Part shown: positions 1 to 11,070 of the stretch, in pieces
How the letters are laid out: every line of letters begins with the position of its first letter
Numbering within the stretch: position 1 is the stretch's first letter
Source: Alphaproteobacteria bacterium
Lineage (GTDB): Bacteria > Pseudomonadota > Alphaproteobacteria > RS24
Reading direction: 5' to 3'
DNA: 64,000 nt
Assembly: GCA_965658615.1 (NCBI GenBank)
Contig: CBFHSX010000004.1
Location: 5,263-69,262 of the forward strand
The notes under the pieces: model-generated
The model's input: the letters and a program-made list of their open reading frames with translations, nothing else
Told to the model about the DNA's origin: nothing
Database searches by the model: none
Made by a program: the position numbers and the translations under genes

Positions 1-69
1 TTTTATCTCGGTCGGCGCCATCACCCATTCCGCGGCGACTCTGGATCTCGGTCTCGATATTGATATTTC

Positions 70-750
70 CTAGAAATCGGCGGAACGGCGGTCCGTATAG
101 AAAATATGCCGGCCGATTTTCGCCAGCTTGACCATATCGCGGTTCCAATACGGGTCGACATAATCAGCGTGATAATGCGTGGCGCGACGCGTCGCCGGCC
201 CGGCGCGCATTGAGGTCAGCTTACTGCTTGCCATACGCAATGCGCGCTGCCAAAGTACACGGTTTTTCGGCCGATCCGATAGTCCGTCACAGGCAAAAGA
301 AAATTGGCATTTATGGCGACGAAACTCGCCTTGAAACACGACGCCGCAAATCGACGCCGGATAGCGCGAGGAAAAGGCACGATTGATCACCACATCCGCC
401 ACCGCATTCCACCCGGCCAATGGTTCAGAGCGCGCCTCGAAATATATGGCTTGCGCCAAACAACGTTGTGCATCAGCCAATGTTTCGGCGCGGTTTGTCG
501 ATTGCGGCCCGCGAAACAGACTTTCAGCTGCAGAATAATTGGCATGCGCGGGCAAGATGGGCGACGGCGCGAGGGCGGTCGGTTTGGCGCTTTGCAGGCT
601 GAAAATAATTTGCGCCGAAATAGCCACCACCACTATGAGCGCGCCAAAGCGCATGAAAAGCGGCGCCGCCGGCCCCCAAACATGGCGCGTATCCAACCAG
701 TCAATGAGTATCCGCATAACCCGATATCCTCTCCAATGCCGCGTTTTCAC
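70..750 (-). CDS. Cell wall hydrolase, SleB/Hydrolase_2 family
   Basis: Motifs YFEARSE, CQFSF, THYHADYV, IGRHIFY; N-terminal TM segment; follows ppdK as in many Alphaproteobacteria. Start uncertain (GTG 750 or ATG 717). Confidence 0.88.
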   Translation of the reverse strand: MKTRHWRGYRVMRILIDWLDTRHVWGPAAPLFMRFGALIVVVAISAQIIFSLQSAKPTALAPSPILPAHANYSAAESLFRGPQSTNRAETLADAQRCLAQAIYFEARSEPLAGWNAVADVVINRAFSSRYPASICGVVFQGEFRRHKCQFSFACDGLSDRPKNRVLWQRALRMASSKLTSMRAGPATRRATHYHADYVDPYWNRDMVKLAKIGRHIFYTDRRSADF

Positions 751-765
751 ACAGTGCCTGATACA

Positions 766-784
766 AGTTATTTTTTTGATAACT
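766..784. promoter_or_regulatory. Palindrome AGTTAT-N7-ATAACT, CtrA-box-like
   Basis: TTAT(768-771)-N7-ATAAC(779-783) vs CtrA consensus TTAA-N7-TTAAC (2 mismatches), upstream of the cell wall hydrolase. Confidence 0.35.
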
Positions 785-865
785 AGGCTGATTTGGCCGA
801 TTGGCCAAGTGTTTGTTCTTTTTCTGTTCGGAATGCTTGGTCGAACTCGCGGCGCAAATTACCCT

Positions 866-3523
866 CTATTTCTTTACCGCCTGCGCCAGTGCCGCTTGCG
901 CGGCTGCGAGACGGGCAATCGGCACACGGAAGGGTGAGCAGGAGACATAGTCCAGCCCCATCGACTGACAAAAAGCGATAGAAGCGGGATGCCCGCCATG
1001 CTCGCCACACAGACCGAGTTTCAAATCGGGCTTGACGCTGCGCCCCTTATCGCCGGCCAATTGCATCAACGCGCCGACCCCGTCCTCATCGAGGCGGGCA
1101 AACGGATCGCTATCGAGCAGACCGGCCGACAAATAGGCCGGCAGGAAAGTGCCGCTATCATCGCGGCTCAGGCCAAAAGTGGTCTGCGTCAAATCATTGG
1201 TGCCGAAGGAGAAGAAATCAATCTTTTCCGCCAAACGGTCAGCCAAGAGCGCCGCGCGCGGCACTTCAATCATAGCCCCCAAACGATAGCGGGCACGGTC
1301 AATCCCCGCCGCGTCGGCAATCGGCGCGACGCGGTCGATCATGGCCTGCAATTCGCGCGCGCCGGTAATGAGCGGGAACATGACTTCGACCGTCTGCGCC
1401 GCATCGGCCTCGCCAAGCGCGGCAAAAATCGCCCGCAATTGCATGTCGTAAATTTCAGGCGCGGTGACGGCCAAGCGACTGCCGCGATGGCCCAGCATCG
1501 GATTGCTTTCCGACAGGTTGACAATGCGGGCGCGCAGCGCTTGCGGGCTTTCATCCAGGGCTTTGGCCAGCGGCGAAATATCGTCACCCGCGGCGGGCAA
1601 AAACTCGTGCAAAGGCGGGTCGAGCAGGCGAATGGTCACCGGCAAACCGTTCATAATCTCAAACAGAGCCGCGAAATCGGCTTGCTGGTTCGGCATCAAG
1701 CCATCCAGAGCTTGGCGCCGCGTCTCGCTATCCTGCGCCAATATCATCTGCCGCACCAGCAGGATACGTTGCGGGTCGAAAAACATATGTTCAGTGCGGC
1801 ATAGGCCAATGCCCTCCGCCCCCAGCTTGCGGGCCCGCGCGGCTTCCGGCGGCGTCTCCGCATTGGTACGAATACCCATTGTGCGAATCTCATCGGCCCA
1901 GCCCATCAGCTTGGCAAAAGCACCGGTCAGTTCCGGCTCCAATGTCGGCACTTCGCCGCGCATCACATTGCCTGATGTGCCGTCCACCGTAATCACATCG
2001 CCGGTTTTCAATGCGGTCTTGCCGATGCGCGCAATCTGGTTTTCAAAATCGATTTGCAATTCGCCGGCGCCGGATACGCAAGGCCGCCCCAGACCGCGCG
2101 CCACCACAGCGGCGTGGCTGGTCATACCGCCGCGCGAGGTCAAAATGGCGGCGGCGGCATACATGCCGTGAATATCTTCAGGGCTGGTCTCCATGCGGAC
2201 CAAAATAACCCGTTCGCCATTGGCGGCGCGGGTCTCGGCCTCGTCAGGGGTAAACACAATCACCCCGCTGGCCGCGCCGGGCGAGGCGGGCAGGCCTTTG
2301 GTCAATACATTGGTGCGCGCTTCCGGGTCGAGCGTCGGCAATAAAAGCTGCTCCAACGCTTCCGGCTCAATGCGCGACACGGCCGTGGCGCGGTCGATGA
2401 CGCCCTCAGCTTCCAAATCGATGGCCACTTGCAGCGCCGCTTTGACCGTGCGTTTGGCGGCGCGCGTTTGCAGGATAAACAAGCGACCGTTCTGCACGGT
2501 AAACTCGACATCCTGCATATCGCTGAAATGGGTTTCCAGCCGCGCGAACACTTTTTCCAATTCGGCATAAGTATCGGGCAGGGTTTCTTCCAGAGATAAC
2601 TCTTCCATGCCCGCTCCGAGCCGTGCCGCTTTTGAGACGAAATGCGGTGTGCGGATACCGGCCACCACATCCTCGCCCTGCGCGTTAAGCAAATATTCGC
2701 CATAAACCTCGCGCGCGCCGGTTGACGGGTTGCGGGTAAAAGCAACGCCGGTAGCACTGGTTTGGCCGAGATTGCCGAACACCATAGATTGCACCGTCAC
2801 GGCCGTGCCCCAATCATCGGGGATATTGTGCAAATGCCGATAGGTGCGCGCCCGCGCATTGTCCCAGCTTTTACACACGGCTCCAATCGCCCCCCAAAGC
2901 TGCTCTTGCGGGTCTTGCGGAAACGGCGCGCCGGCCTCTTCTTCAATCATCACGGCAAAGCGGGTGCAAATATCTCGCCAATCATCCGTATCCAAATCGG
3001 CATCCAGCGATAATGCGTTTTCGAATTTATAATCGTCGATAATCTCTTCGAAAAAATCATGCGACACGCCCATCACCACATCGCCATACATTTGCTGGAA
3101 ACGGCGATAACTGTCCCAGACAAAACGCGCATCGCCGGTGCGCTTTGACAGCCCTTCTACCGTCACATCATTGAGGCCGAGATTGAGCACCGTATCCATC
3201 ATGCCCGGCATGGAAGCGCGCGCGCCGGAACGCACCGAGACCAGCAAAGGCCGCTCGGCATCGCCAAGGCGCAAATTCATATTTTCCGACAGGGCCGTCA
3301 AAGCCGCTTCGACCTCGGCTTTCAGCCCATCGGGGAACTGACCGTCATTTTTGGCAAAATGGGTAGAGACTTCCGTTGTCAGCGTAAAGCCGGGCGGTAC
3401 GGGCAGGCCCATGCGGCACATTTCGGCCAGATTGGCACCCTTGCCGCCCAGCAGCGCGCCCATGCCGGCATCGCCATCGGCAAACCCGTCAGCAAAAGCG
3501 TAAACAAGTTTGCGATCGGTCAT
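866..3523 (-). CDS. ppdK: Pyruvate, phosphate dikinase
   Basis: LLGGKGANLAEM, GGMTSHAAVVAR (phospho-His), GIGLCRTEHMF, CGEHGG; ATG 3523 preceded by GGTGA. Confidence 0.98.
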   Translation of the reverse strand: MTDRKLVYAFADGFADGDAGMGALLGGKGANLAEMCRMGLPVPPGFTLTTEVSTHFAKNDGQFPDGLKAEVEAALTALSENMNLRLGDAERPLLVSVRSGARASMPGMMDTVLNLGLNDVTVEGLSKRTGDARFVWDSYRRFQQMYGDVVMGVSHDFFEEIIDDYKFENALSLDADLDTDDWRDICTRFAVMIEEEAGAPFPQDPQEQLWGAIGAVCKSWDNARARTYRHLHNIPDDWGTAVTVQSMVFGNLGQTSATGVAFTRNPSTGAREVYGEYLLNAQGEDVVAGIRTPHFVSKAARLGAGMEELSLEETLPDTYAELEKVFARLETHFSDMQDVEFTVQNGRLFILQTRAAKRTVKAALQVAIDLEAEGVIDRATAVSRIEPEALEQLLLPTLDPEARTNVLTKGLPASPGAASGVIVFTPDEAETRAANGERVILVRMETSPEDIHGMYAAAAILTSRGGMTSHAAVVARGLGRPCVSGAGELQIDFENQIARIGKTALKTGDVITVDGTSGNVMRGEVPTLEPELTGAFAKLMGWADEIRTMGIRTNAETPPEAARARKLGAEGIGLCRTEHMFFDPQRILLVRQMILAQDSETRRQALDGLMPNQQADFAALFEIMNGLPVTIRLLDPPLHEFLPAAGDDISPLAKALDESPQALRARIVNLSESNPMLGHRGSRLAVTAPEIYDMQLRAIFAALGEADAAQTVEVMFPLITGARELQAMIDRVAPIADAAGIDRARYRLGAMIEVPRAALLADRLAEKIDFFSFGTNDLTQTTFGLSRDDSGTFLPAYLSAGLLDSDPFARLDEDGVGALMQLAGDKGRSVKPDLKLGLCGEHGGHPASIAFCQSMGLDYVSCSPFRVPIARLAAAQAALAQAVKK

Positions 3524-3532
3524 CTGGTTCAC

Positions 3533-5572
3533 CTATTCAATCAAGTCAAAGGCTGCGGCGCGTTGCATAAGGGCAATCAGCGCTTCCAGCAAGGATAGAC
3601 GATTCTGCCGAATAGCGGGGTCTTCGTCATTCACCATCACCGCCTCGAAAAATCCATCGACCGGCGCGCGCAAGGTCGCCAGCCCATCGAGATAAGCCGT
3701 GTAAGCAGCGAGACTGTCGACCGGCAATTGCGCTTGCGCTTCAATCGCCTCATGCAGCGCCTTTTCAGCCGCCTCGATCAACAGCGCTGCATCGACGCTG
3801 CTGGGTTTGGTGTCGCTCTCCTGCGCCGCTTTGGTACAAATACCATGCGCCCGGTTAAAGGCGGCTTTCAAATTGGCACCGTCTTCATGCGCCAAGAAAG
3901 CTTGCAATTGTTCGGCCCGTTGCGCGGTTTCGACCACATCATCGCTGCCCAGCGCAAACACGGCACTGACAATATCATGCGCGATACCGCGATCGCGCAG
4001 ATAGACTTTCAAGCGGTCGGCGATAAAGCCCAGCATATCAGCACTTGGCGCGACTTGGCTGCCATATTGGGCAAACGCCGCATCGAGCACCGGCGTCAGC
4101 GCGAGGCGCGTCTCGGTTTCCAATAGGATGCGGATAAGGCCAAGCGCAGCGCGGCGCAACGCATACGGGTCTTTTGAGCCGGTCGGTTTTTCATCGATTG
4201 ACCAAAAACCGGCCAGGCTATCGATTTTATCTGCCAACGCCACGGCCATGCCTTCCGCAGTGGCCGGAATAGCATCGCCCGGCCCCGCCGGCTTGTAATG
4301 ATCGCGAATGGCGGCGGCGACCGGCGCGCCCAACCCATCATTGGTGGCGTAATAGCCGCCCATAATACCCTGCAATTCGGGAAACTCGTAAACCATGCCC
4401 GAGACCAAATCGGCTTTACACAAGCGCCCGGCTTTTTCAGCCGCAGCTTTATCGGCTCCCAGAGCCTCGGCCAAGCCTCCGGCCAGCGCCGCAATGCGCG
4501 TCGATTTTTCGGCCACGGTACCGAGTTGTGCTTGAAAGGTGACTTTCTCCAAAGCCGGCAGACGGCTTTCCAAGCTCTCCTTGCGGTCTTGGTCCCAGAA
4601 AAACCGGCCATCCGATAAACGCGCGCGCAGCACACGCTCATTACCGGCGATAATCGCCGCACCGTCATCGTCGGTCAGCATATTGGAAATGGTGATGAAA
4701 TAAGGCGCCAGCTTGGCGTCTTTATCACGCAGGGCAAAATATTTCTGATGCGTGCGCATCACCGACACCAAAACTTCTTCCGGCACATCCATGAACTCAT
4801 CGTCAATCTTGCCAAGCAGCGGCACCGGCCATTCGACCAGACCGGCCGTCTCGCGGATGAGACCGGCATCCTCGACCAGCGCGCAACCGACTTCATCAGC
4901 CAGCCTGCTTGCGCCCTCGGCGACCATCGCCTCGCGAATGGCAGCATCGGCCAGCACAAAAGCTTTTTCCAAAGTTGGCAGATAGTCGCCGGTTTTGGTC
5001 ATGGTAAGCGCGGCGGGCGCCATGAAACGATGACCGAAACTCGTATCCCCGCTGGCAATGCCGTCCACGTTAAACGGCACGACCTCGCCGTCAAACAGGC
5101 AGAGAATGGCGCGCAAGGGGCGCACCCAACGCAAGCTCCCCGCCCCCCAACGCATCGATTTCGGCCATTGAAAGCCCTCAATCATTTGCGGCAGGAAACC
5201 GGCCAGCGCATCAGCCAAAGACTGGCCCGGCTCGTCAATCTCCAGCACGTAAAATGTGCCTTTTTTGTCCTCGCGCATGCTCAGCGCATCGGTGCTGTCC
5301 AGACCATTGGCGCGCAAAAAGCCCTCAATCGCCTGCTCCGGTGCGTCGACACGCGGGCCTTTTTTCTCTTCCTTGCGGTCCGGCAATTGCGTCGGCAGGC
5401 CATCGGCCAAAAGCGCGATACGCTGCGGCGCAACATGCGCTTGCAGGCTGTCGGCAGCGACGCCAAACCCGTCGAGAAAACTTTTCATGTGGCGCTCCAA
5501 TTGCGCCGCCGCACCGGCTTGCATACCGGCGGGAATTTCTTCGGAATAAAGCTCGAGCAGAAAGTCAGCCAT
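3533..5572 (-). CDS. glyS: Glycine-tRNA ligase beta subunit
   Basis: [14 protein letters not shown] start, [28 protein letters not shown]; ATG overlaps glyQ stop. Confidence 0.97.
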   Translation of the reverse strand: MADFLLELYSEEIPAGMQAGAAAQLERHMKSFLDGFGVAADSLQAHVAPQRIALLADGLPTQLPDRKEEKKGPRVDAPEQAIEGFLRANGLDSTDALSMREDKKGTFYVLEIDEPGQSLADALAGFLPQMIEGFQWPKSMRWGAGSLRWVRPLRAILCLFDGEVVPFNVDGIASGDTSFGHRFMAPAALTMTKTGDYLPTLEKAFVLADAAIREAMVAEGASRLADEVGCALVEDAGLIRETAGLVEWPVPLLGKIDDEFMDVPEEVLVSVMRTHQKYFALRDKDAKLAPYFITISNMLTDDDGAAIIAGNERVLRARLSDGRFFWDQDRKESLESRLPALEKVTFQAQLGTVAEKSTRIAALAGGLAEALGADKAAAEKAGRLCKADLVSGMVYEFPELQGIMGGYYATNDGLGAPVAAAIRDHYKPAGPGDAIPATAEGMAVALADKIDSLAGFWSIDEKPTGSKDPYALRRAALGLIRILLETETRLALTPVLDAAFAQYGSQVAPSADMLGFIADRLKVYLRDRGIAHDIVSAVFALGSDDVVETAQRAEQLQAFLAHEDGANLKAAFNRAHGICTKAAQESDTKPSSVDAALLIEAAEKALHEAIEAQAQLPVDSLAAYTAYLDGLATLRAPVDGFFEAVMVNDEDPAIRQNRLSLLEALIALMQRAAAFDLIE

Positions 5573-6458
5573 TGCCCCCTCCTGCGACTTTATTTGCCAA
5601 CCATGCCTCAGCGCAGGCTTTCGCCAAAGCGCGAACGCGGCCAATATAGGCTTGCCGCTCAGTGACCGAAATCACGCCGCGCGCATCCAGCAAGTTGAAA
5701 TTATGACTGGCTTTCATGCATTGGTCATAGGCCGGCAGTGCCAAACCCTTATCGACCAATTGCAGACATTCAGCCTCGGCATCTTCGAAATGCCTAAGCA
5801 GAATATCCGTATTGGCAGCCTCGAAATTATAATGCGAAAACTCCACTTCGGCGCGGTGGAAGACATCGCCATAGCGCACGGCTTTGTCATCCGTGCGGCC
5901 GTTAAAGTCCAGCTCAAAGCCATTATCCAACCCTTGCACATACATGGCGAGGCGTTCCAAACCATAGGTCAACTCACCCGCTACCAGCTCGCAATCAATG
6001 CCACCGACTTGCTGGAAATAGGTAAATTGCGACACTTCCATACCGTCGCACCAGACCTCCCAGCCGAGGCCCCAAGCACCCAAAGTCGGGCTTTCCCAAT
6101 CATCTTCGACAAAGCGGATATCGTGCTGCATCGGATCAATGCCCAACACTTTCAGGCTTTCGAGATAAAGCTCCTGAATATTATCGGGCGATGGCTTCAA
6201 GATGACCTGAAACTGATAATAATGCTGAAAGCGGTTCGGGTTTTCGCCATAGCGGCCATCGGTCGGACGGCGCGAGGGCTGCACATAAGCCGCGTTCCAA
6301 GGCTCCGGGCCAAGCGCACGCAAGACCGTCGCAGGATGAAACGTACCCGCCCCCATCTCCATATCATAGGGTTGCAACACCACGCAGCCCCAATCGGCCC
6401 AATAGCGTTGGAGATTGAGGATCAAATCCTGAAATGAAGGTGCCTTTGGGGCGGTCAT
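5565..6458 (-). CDS. glyQ: Glycine-tRNA ligase alpha subunit
   Basis: [52 protein letters not shown]. Confidence 0.99.
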   Translation of the reverse strand: MTAPKAPSFQDLILNLQRYWADWGCVVLQPYDMEMGAGTFHPATVLRALGPEPWNAAYVQPSRRPTDGRYGENPNRFQHYYQFQVILKPSPDNIQELYLESLKVLGIDPMQHDIRFVEDDWESPTLGAWGLGWEVWCDGMEVSQFTYFQQVGGIDCELVAGELTYGLERLAMYVQGLDNGFELDFNGRTDDKAVRYGDVFHRAEVEFSHYNFEAANTDILLRHFEDAEAECLQLVDKGLALPAYDQCMKASHNFNLLDARGVISVTERQAYIGRVRALAKACAEAWLANKVAGGGNG

Positions 6459-6497
6459 AATCGGTCGGTCTCGCGCAACAATTCATCTGAGGGATAC

Positions 6498-7259
6498 TTA
6501 CCCGCCTGACTCGTCAAAAGCAAGCACTGCGCCGTGCCGCAGCACGGCTTCTGCGGCCAAACTTGGCGCACCCGCCTCATTTTGCAAAACCAGCGGCGCC
6601 AGCAAAGTGACCGGCGCGCGCGCATCGCGGCGGCCGCGCACCAAGACACGCGTCGCAGCGCGGCCGGGTTTTGGCTGGATTGGCAGCACACGCAAATCCC
6701 CCAGCCGCTTTTGCATCACGGTCAGAAGCTGCGCCAGCGCATCAGCGCGATGCACCAACGTCACATGGCCTTTGGCACGGGTCAGCGCGCAGGCACATTT
6801 GATCCAATTATCCAGCGTACCCTCTTGGCCGATATGCGCTTGGGCTTTGCCTTCATGCGCCATATCCGGCACCTCGCCTTGGCGATAATAAGGCGGGTTG
6901 GCGATGACCTCGTCAAAACTATTGGCCACCAAATGCATATCGGAAAACGGGCCGGTAATGTCTCCCTGTTTGAAATGCGCGCGTGCCCCGAGATGATTGG
7001 CCTCGGCATTATTTTGCGCCAGCACCACCATTTCCTCGTTCAATTCAATGCCGGTTACATGCGCGTCGGTGCGCCGCGCCGCGAAACACAAAGCGGCGAC
7101 ACCGGCACCACTACCAAGCTCGGCAATATGCCCGTCCTGCGGCGGCTGCGCGGCGGCAGCAAGCAACACGGCATCATGGCCCGAGCGAAACCCGTCGCGC
7201 AGCTGCTTGAGGCGCAGTTTCTCGCCCAAAAACCCGTCAGTCGTCAAATCCTGTGTCAT
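6498..7259 (-). CDS. tRNA1(Val) A37 N6-methyltransferase family (YfiC/TrmN6-like)
   Basis: GFRSGHDAVLLAAA, SAM motif ELGSGAG, NPPY; divergent from ispB. Confidence 0.85.
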   Translation of the reverse strand: MTQDLTTDGFLGEKLRLKQLRDGFRSGHDAVLLAAAAQPPQDGHIAELGSGAGVAALCFAARRTDAHVTGIELNEEMVVLAQNNAEANHLGARAHFKQGDITGPFSDMHLVANSFDEVIANPPYYRQGEVPDMAHEGKAQAHIGQEGTLDNWIKCACALTRAKGHVTLVHRADALAQLLTVMQKRLGDLRVLPIQPKPGRAATRVLVRGRRDARAPVTLLAPLVLQNEAGAPSLAAEAVLRHGAVLAFDESGG

Positions 7260-7305
7260 AAATGCTCATTCAGGCGGTCGCATCGCCGCAGCCCTGCCGT
7301 TTTTC

Positions 7306-7333
7306 TTGACCCGACGCATATTTGGCTGATAAT
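7306..7333 (+). promoter_or_regulatory. sigma70-type promoter of ispB
   Basis: TTGACC(7306-7311)-N16-GATAAT(7328-7333); RBS GAAAGG then ATG 7353. Confidence 0.55.
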
Positions 7334-7352
7334 CGCGCCAGAAAGGCATATT

Positions 7353-8378
7353 ATGGCACAAATCATTAACTTTAGCGATACATCGCGCCCGACCGACGAT
7401 GCGCTGGCGGCGCTGCAGGAATTATTCGCCGCCAAGCTGCACGGCGTCGAGACTGAGATTGCCAAACATATGCAATCGGCGGCGGATCTTATCCCGGCCA
7501 TTTCTGACCATCTCATCGGTGCCGGCGGCAAACGCCTGCGGCCGCTCTTGACCCTATCAGCGGCGCAAATTTCCGGCTATCAGGGCAAGGATGATGTGAC
7601 CATGGCGGCGGCGGTGGAATATATGCACACGGCCACATTGCTGCATGATGATGTTGTGGATGATAGCGATATGCGACGCGGCAAGGCGACAGCGCGCAAA
7701 TTATGGGGCAATCAGGCCAGCGTACTGGTCGGCGATTTCCTGCTCGGTCAAGCGTTCCGCATGATGGTCGCGGCCAAATCTCTCGACGCGCTGGAAATTC
7801 TGTCACGCGCGGCGGCTGTCATTGCCGAAGGCGAAGTTATGCAATTGGCTGCGATGAATAATCCGCAGACCAGCGAAGACAAATATTTGCAAATCATCGA
7901 CGCCAAAACCGCCGCCCTATTTGCCGCCGCTTCTGAGGTCGGCGGCGTGATTGCCGGGGCCAGCGCAGCTGAGATTGACGCGCTGTCAGCCTATGGGCGC
8001 AATTTGGGGATTGCCTTTCAACTGATCGATGACGCGCTGGATTATGGCAGTGTCGGTCAGGTGCTGGGAAAAGATACCGGCGAGGATTTCCGCGAGGGCA
8101 AGGTCACACTGCCGGTTATTCTGGCCTATCATCGCGGCGATGACGCAGCGCGCGCCTTCTGGAATGACAGCGTTGCGCATCCGAGCGAGGAAACGCATGC
8201 GGCGCGTTTTGCCAAGGCACTGGACTATTTGGAAGCCAGCAACGCCCTGCCGGACACTATTTCGCGGGCCGCGCATTATGGCGAAAAAGCCAAAGATGCG
8301 CTGGGCTTGTTCCCCAAAAGCGAGACGCGCGCCGTGTTGCTGCGGCTGGTCGATTTTTGTATCGCCAGAGCCTATTGA
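7353..8378 (+). CDS. ispB: Long-chain polyprenyl (octa/decaprenyl) diphosphate synthase
   Basis: GGKRLRP, LLHDDVVD..RRG, FQLIDDALDY, GKDTGEDFREGKVTLP. The ORF-track start at 6534 is an antisense run-on. Confidence 0.95.
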   Translation: MAQIINFSDTSRPTDDALAALQELFAAKLHGVETEIAKHMQSAADLIPAISDHLIGAGGKRLRPLLTLSAAQISGYQGKDDVTMAAAVEYMHTATLLHDDVVDDSDMRRGKATARKLWGNQASVLVGDFLLGQAFRMMVAAKSLDALEILSRAAAVIAEGEVMQLAAMNNPQTSEDKYLQIIDAKTAALFAAASEVGGVIAGASAAEIDALSAYGRNLGIAFQLIDDALDYGSVGQVLGKDTGEDFREGKVTLPVILAYHRGDDAARAFWNDSVAHPSEETHAARFAKALDYLEASNALPDTISRAAHYGEKAKDALGLFPKSETRAVLLRLVDFCIARAY

Positions 8379-8385
8379 GTTTATA

Positions 8386-9255
8386 TCAAGAGCCGAGCAA
8401 GGCCCCGGCTTGCACCCAATCATCACTGCGCAAGCGTTTATAATTCTCAGCCAGCTCGTCCCCCTGCCCCGGGGCGGTCAAACCAAAACACGTCGCGCCC
8501 GAGCCGCTCATCGCAGCAAAGGCGCAACCGGATGTCTTCAACGCGGCCAAGCAATCGGCAATGGCAGGCACCAACGATAGGGCAGGCTTGGTCAAGGCAT
8601 TGCCCTGCGCAGCAAGAAAGCCGACCAGCCCATCAAGCGTGTCAAATCCGGTCGGCATGGCTTGCGGTTCAGACAATTCTTCGCGCGCGGCAAGCGCTTT
8701 GAAAACCGCCGGCGTCGATACGCTTTGACGCGGATTAACCAGCACAATATCAGCCGCAGGCAGGGCACCAAGCCGTGTCACATCATGGCCGATACCGCAC
8801 ATCCATGCCGGGCCATGCGACAGGCAAACCGACACATCGGCACCCAATTCAGCCGCCAAAGCAGCGATAGGATCGGCATCCATATCAAGGGAAAATAACG
8901 CGCTCAGCCCGCGCAGAGCCGCCGCTGCATCGGCCGAGCCGCCGCCTATCCCCGAGGCCACGGGTAGATTTTTTTCCAGCATGATATGGCAATCCAATGC
9001 CTGCCCGGTAAAAGCCGCCAGCTTTGCATGCGCCTGCTTGACCAGATTATCCGCACCGTCCAACCCGGGGCCAAACGGGCCACGCAACGTCAATTGCGTG
9101 GTCTCGGCTTTTTCAAAATGCAGCCGGTCGCCAATATCGACAAAGGCGACAAGGCTTTCCAGCGCGTGAAAGCCGTCGGGCCGACGGCCGCGCACATGCA
9201 AAGAGAGATTTATTTTGGCCGGGGCCAATAGGCTGAGCCGCGCAGCGCGGTGCAT
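8386..9255 (-). CDS. ispE: 4-diphosphocytidyl-2-C-methyl-D-erythritol kinase
   Basis: APAKINLSLHV, KNLPVASGIGGGSADAAA, LGADV, MSGSGATCF. Confidence 0.96.
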   Translation of the reverse strand: MHRAARLSLLAPAKINLSLHVRGRRPDGFHALESLVAFVDIGDRLHFEKAETTQLTLRGPFGPGLDGADNLVKQAHAKLAAFTGQALDCHIMLEKNLPVASGIGGGSADAAAALRGLSALFSLDMDADPIAALAAELGADVSVCLSHGPAWMCGIGHDVTRLGALPAADIVLVNPRQSVSTPAVFKALAAREELSEPQAMPTGFDTLDGLVGFLAAQGNALTKPALSLVPAIADCLAALKTSGCAFAAMSGSGATCFGLTAPGQGDELAENYKRLRSDDWVQAGALLGS

Positions 9256-10991
9256 TAAATGGCCGTGCCGCCGCGCGGCATATGCGCTTTCGGCTTTTTC
9301 TTTTCAGGCGCACCCAGACCGGTCAGTAATTTCTTTTCAATCTTGGCGCGTTCTTCCTCGCTCGGGTCAAAAGCCAGCGCTTTGCGCCATTGATAGCGCG
9401 CCTCAAGCTCGCGCCCGACACGCCACATAGCATCACCCAAATGATCGGTCACCACCGGGTCGGTCGGCTCCAGGCGCGAGGCGCGCTCGAGAATGGAAAG
9501 CGCCTTATCATATTGACCAAGCCGATAATAAGCCCAACCGAGACTGTCGACATAAGCACCATTATTCGGCTCCTTATTGACGGCCTGTTTGATAATCTTC
9601 AGCCCCTCATCGAGATAGACGCCTTGGTCGATCCAGCTATAGCCGAGATAATTTAGGACAGTCGGCGCATCACCCGACATCTCGCGCGCGCGCTGCAGGT
9701 CAATCTCGGCCATATCCCAATTGCCGAGCCGCTCGCGCATCATGCCGCGGGCAAAAAACAGGAACCAATCCCGATTGCTGATTTCCTCAGTCAAATCAAT
9801 GGCGGCGTCATAGGCCGCTTCGGCCTCATCGAAACGCGCATTGGAACGGTATAAATCACCCAATGAAATGCGAATATCGCGATCGCCCGGCATATCCTTG
9901 GCCCGCGCCGCGAGAACCGCAATCGCCGCCTCCTCAGCGCCGGCCAAAAACAGCATTTGCGCGCGCTGGATTTGCGCGTCGCGGTATAGAACCGAATTGC
10001 GCGCAATGCGTCCATATTGCTCGGCCGCCTCGACATAGCGATCCAACTCGGCCAGCATCATCGCCAAATCAAACGCCGTGACTTCTTTATTCGGATCGAG
10101 AAATTGCGCCATGCGGTAATAGCCGAGCGCCAGCTGGTTGCGGTTTTCGCTCCGCATCGCTTCACCAATCGCCATAAAAGCATCGGCCAGACCGCTTGTC
10201 GGCGCGGCGTTCAAACGCGCCGGTGTCTGCTTTTCGATACGCGCAAAACCGGCTTCAATCAGCGCATTATCGAGATTGCGCTCGCGGTAATAGCGATAGA
10301 GTTTCTCAGCCTTATCCCAATCCTGCCGGCGCTCCATAAAGCCCCCATAGGCCAGCACAAAGCTGAGATAGCGGCTACCACCGGCGCGCAGCCCGCGCCC
10401 ATAAAGCGCCTCAGCCTTATCCGCTGCGCCTTGCAATTCATACACATGGGCGGCTTGCATAAGCGGCACATGCGAAAACGGACCACCGCGCGACAGGGTT
10501 GCCAGCGCATCGGCCTCGCCCTCCGCATCGCCCATTTGGCGGGCAATCCAGACACGAATATTCGGCTCCAGCAATTTGGCAAACGGGCCACGTTCCAGCC
10601 CATCGAGATGGGCAATCGCCGTCACGCCGTCACCGGCTTTGAAAGCGACCGTGGCCAGCAGAATCTTGGCTTGTTGATTATCCTCGCTCACGGCGAGACT
10701 CTTTTGCGCCGTCAGCACGCCATCAGCAATATTACCGGCCAGAACATGCGCCAGCATGGCAGCATCGAGCAGTTCCTCGCTCTCGGGCCGCGCCATCAGG
10801 GCTTGGTCGTAATAAAGCGATGCGGCTTGCGCATCATTATTGCGCGCCGCCTGACGCGCCGCCAAAAACGCACCCGACGCGCCCGTTTCGGCAATCAGTG
10901 CCTCAACCTTACCGGCAACATAAAACGCGGCGCCACCGGCCAAAACAGTGACGACCGCCAGAGCAATCAGGATACGTTGTCGCCAGCTCAT
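9255..10991 (-). CDS. Tetratricopeptide repeat protein, exported/membrane-anchored
   Basis: N-terminal hydrophobic segment; TPR helices with LNYLGYSW, YVDSLGWAYY, DHLGDAMWRVGR; usual neighbour of ispE. Confidence 0.9.
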   Translation of the reverse strand: MSWRQRILIALAVVTVLAGGAAFYVAGKVEALIAETGASGAFLAARQAARNNDAQAASLYYDQALMARPESEELLDAAMLAHVLAGNIADGVLTAQKSLAVSEDNQQAKILLATVAFKAGDGVTAIAHLDGLERGPFAKLLEPNIRVWIARQMGDAEGEADALATLSRGGPFSHVPLMQAAHVYELQGAADKAEALYGRGLRAGGSRYLSFVLAYGGFMERRQDWDKAEKLYRYYRERNLDNALIEAGFARIEKQTPARLNAAPTSGLADAFMAIGEAMRSENRNQLALGYYRMAQFLDPNKEVTAFDLAMMLAELDRYVEAAEQYGRIARNSVLYRDAQIQRAQMLFLAGAEEAAIAVLAARAKDMPGDRDIRISLGDLYRSNARFDEAEAAYDAAIDLTEEISNRDWFLFFARGMMRERLGNWDMAEIDLQRAREMSGDAPTVLNYLGYSWIDQGVYLDEGLKIIKQAVNKEPNNGAYVDSLGWAYYRLGQYDKALSILERASRLEPTDPVVTDHLGDAMWRVGRELEARYQWRKALAFDPSEEERAKIEKKLLTGLGAPEKKKPKAHMPRGGTAI

Positions 10992-11023
10992 TCTAACTTC
11001 CCAAAAAGCGCATCATTGCGACG

Positions 11024-11051
11024 AGTGTAACAAGTCGGGCGCGCAAGGCAA
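11024..11051 (-). promoter_or_regulatory. Candidate sigma70 promoter of TPR-ispE
   Basis: Minus strand TTGCCT-N16-TACACT, about 30 nt upstream of ATG 10991. Confidence 0.4.
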
Positions 11052-11070
11052 TGCCCCGCCGCCCTGTTGA

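Noticed and set aside
1-24. Possible start of a further minus-strand gene (MAPTEIK...)
   Set aside because: Runs off the window edge after a few codons; cannot be supported.
6534-7352. N-terminal extension of the 614-aa ORF into ispB
   Set aside because: It is the antisense frame of the tRNA methyltransferase; a promoter, RBS and ATG at 7353 define the real gene.
7256-7531. 91-aa minus-strand ORF as a DUF2007-type gene
   Set aside because: Overlaps the ispB start and promoter and has no recognisable motif.
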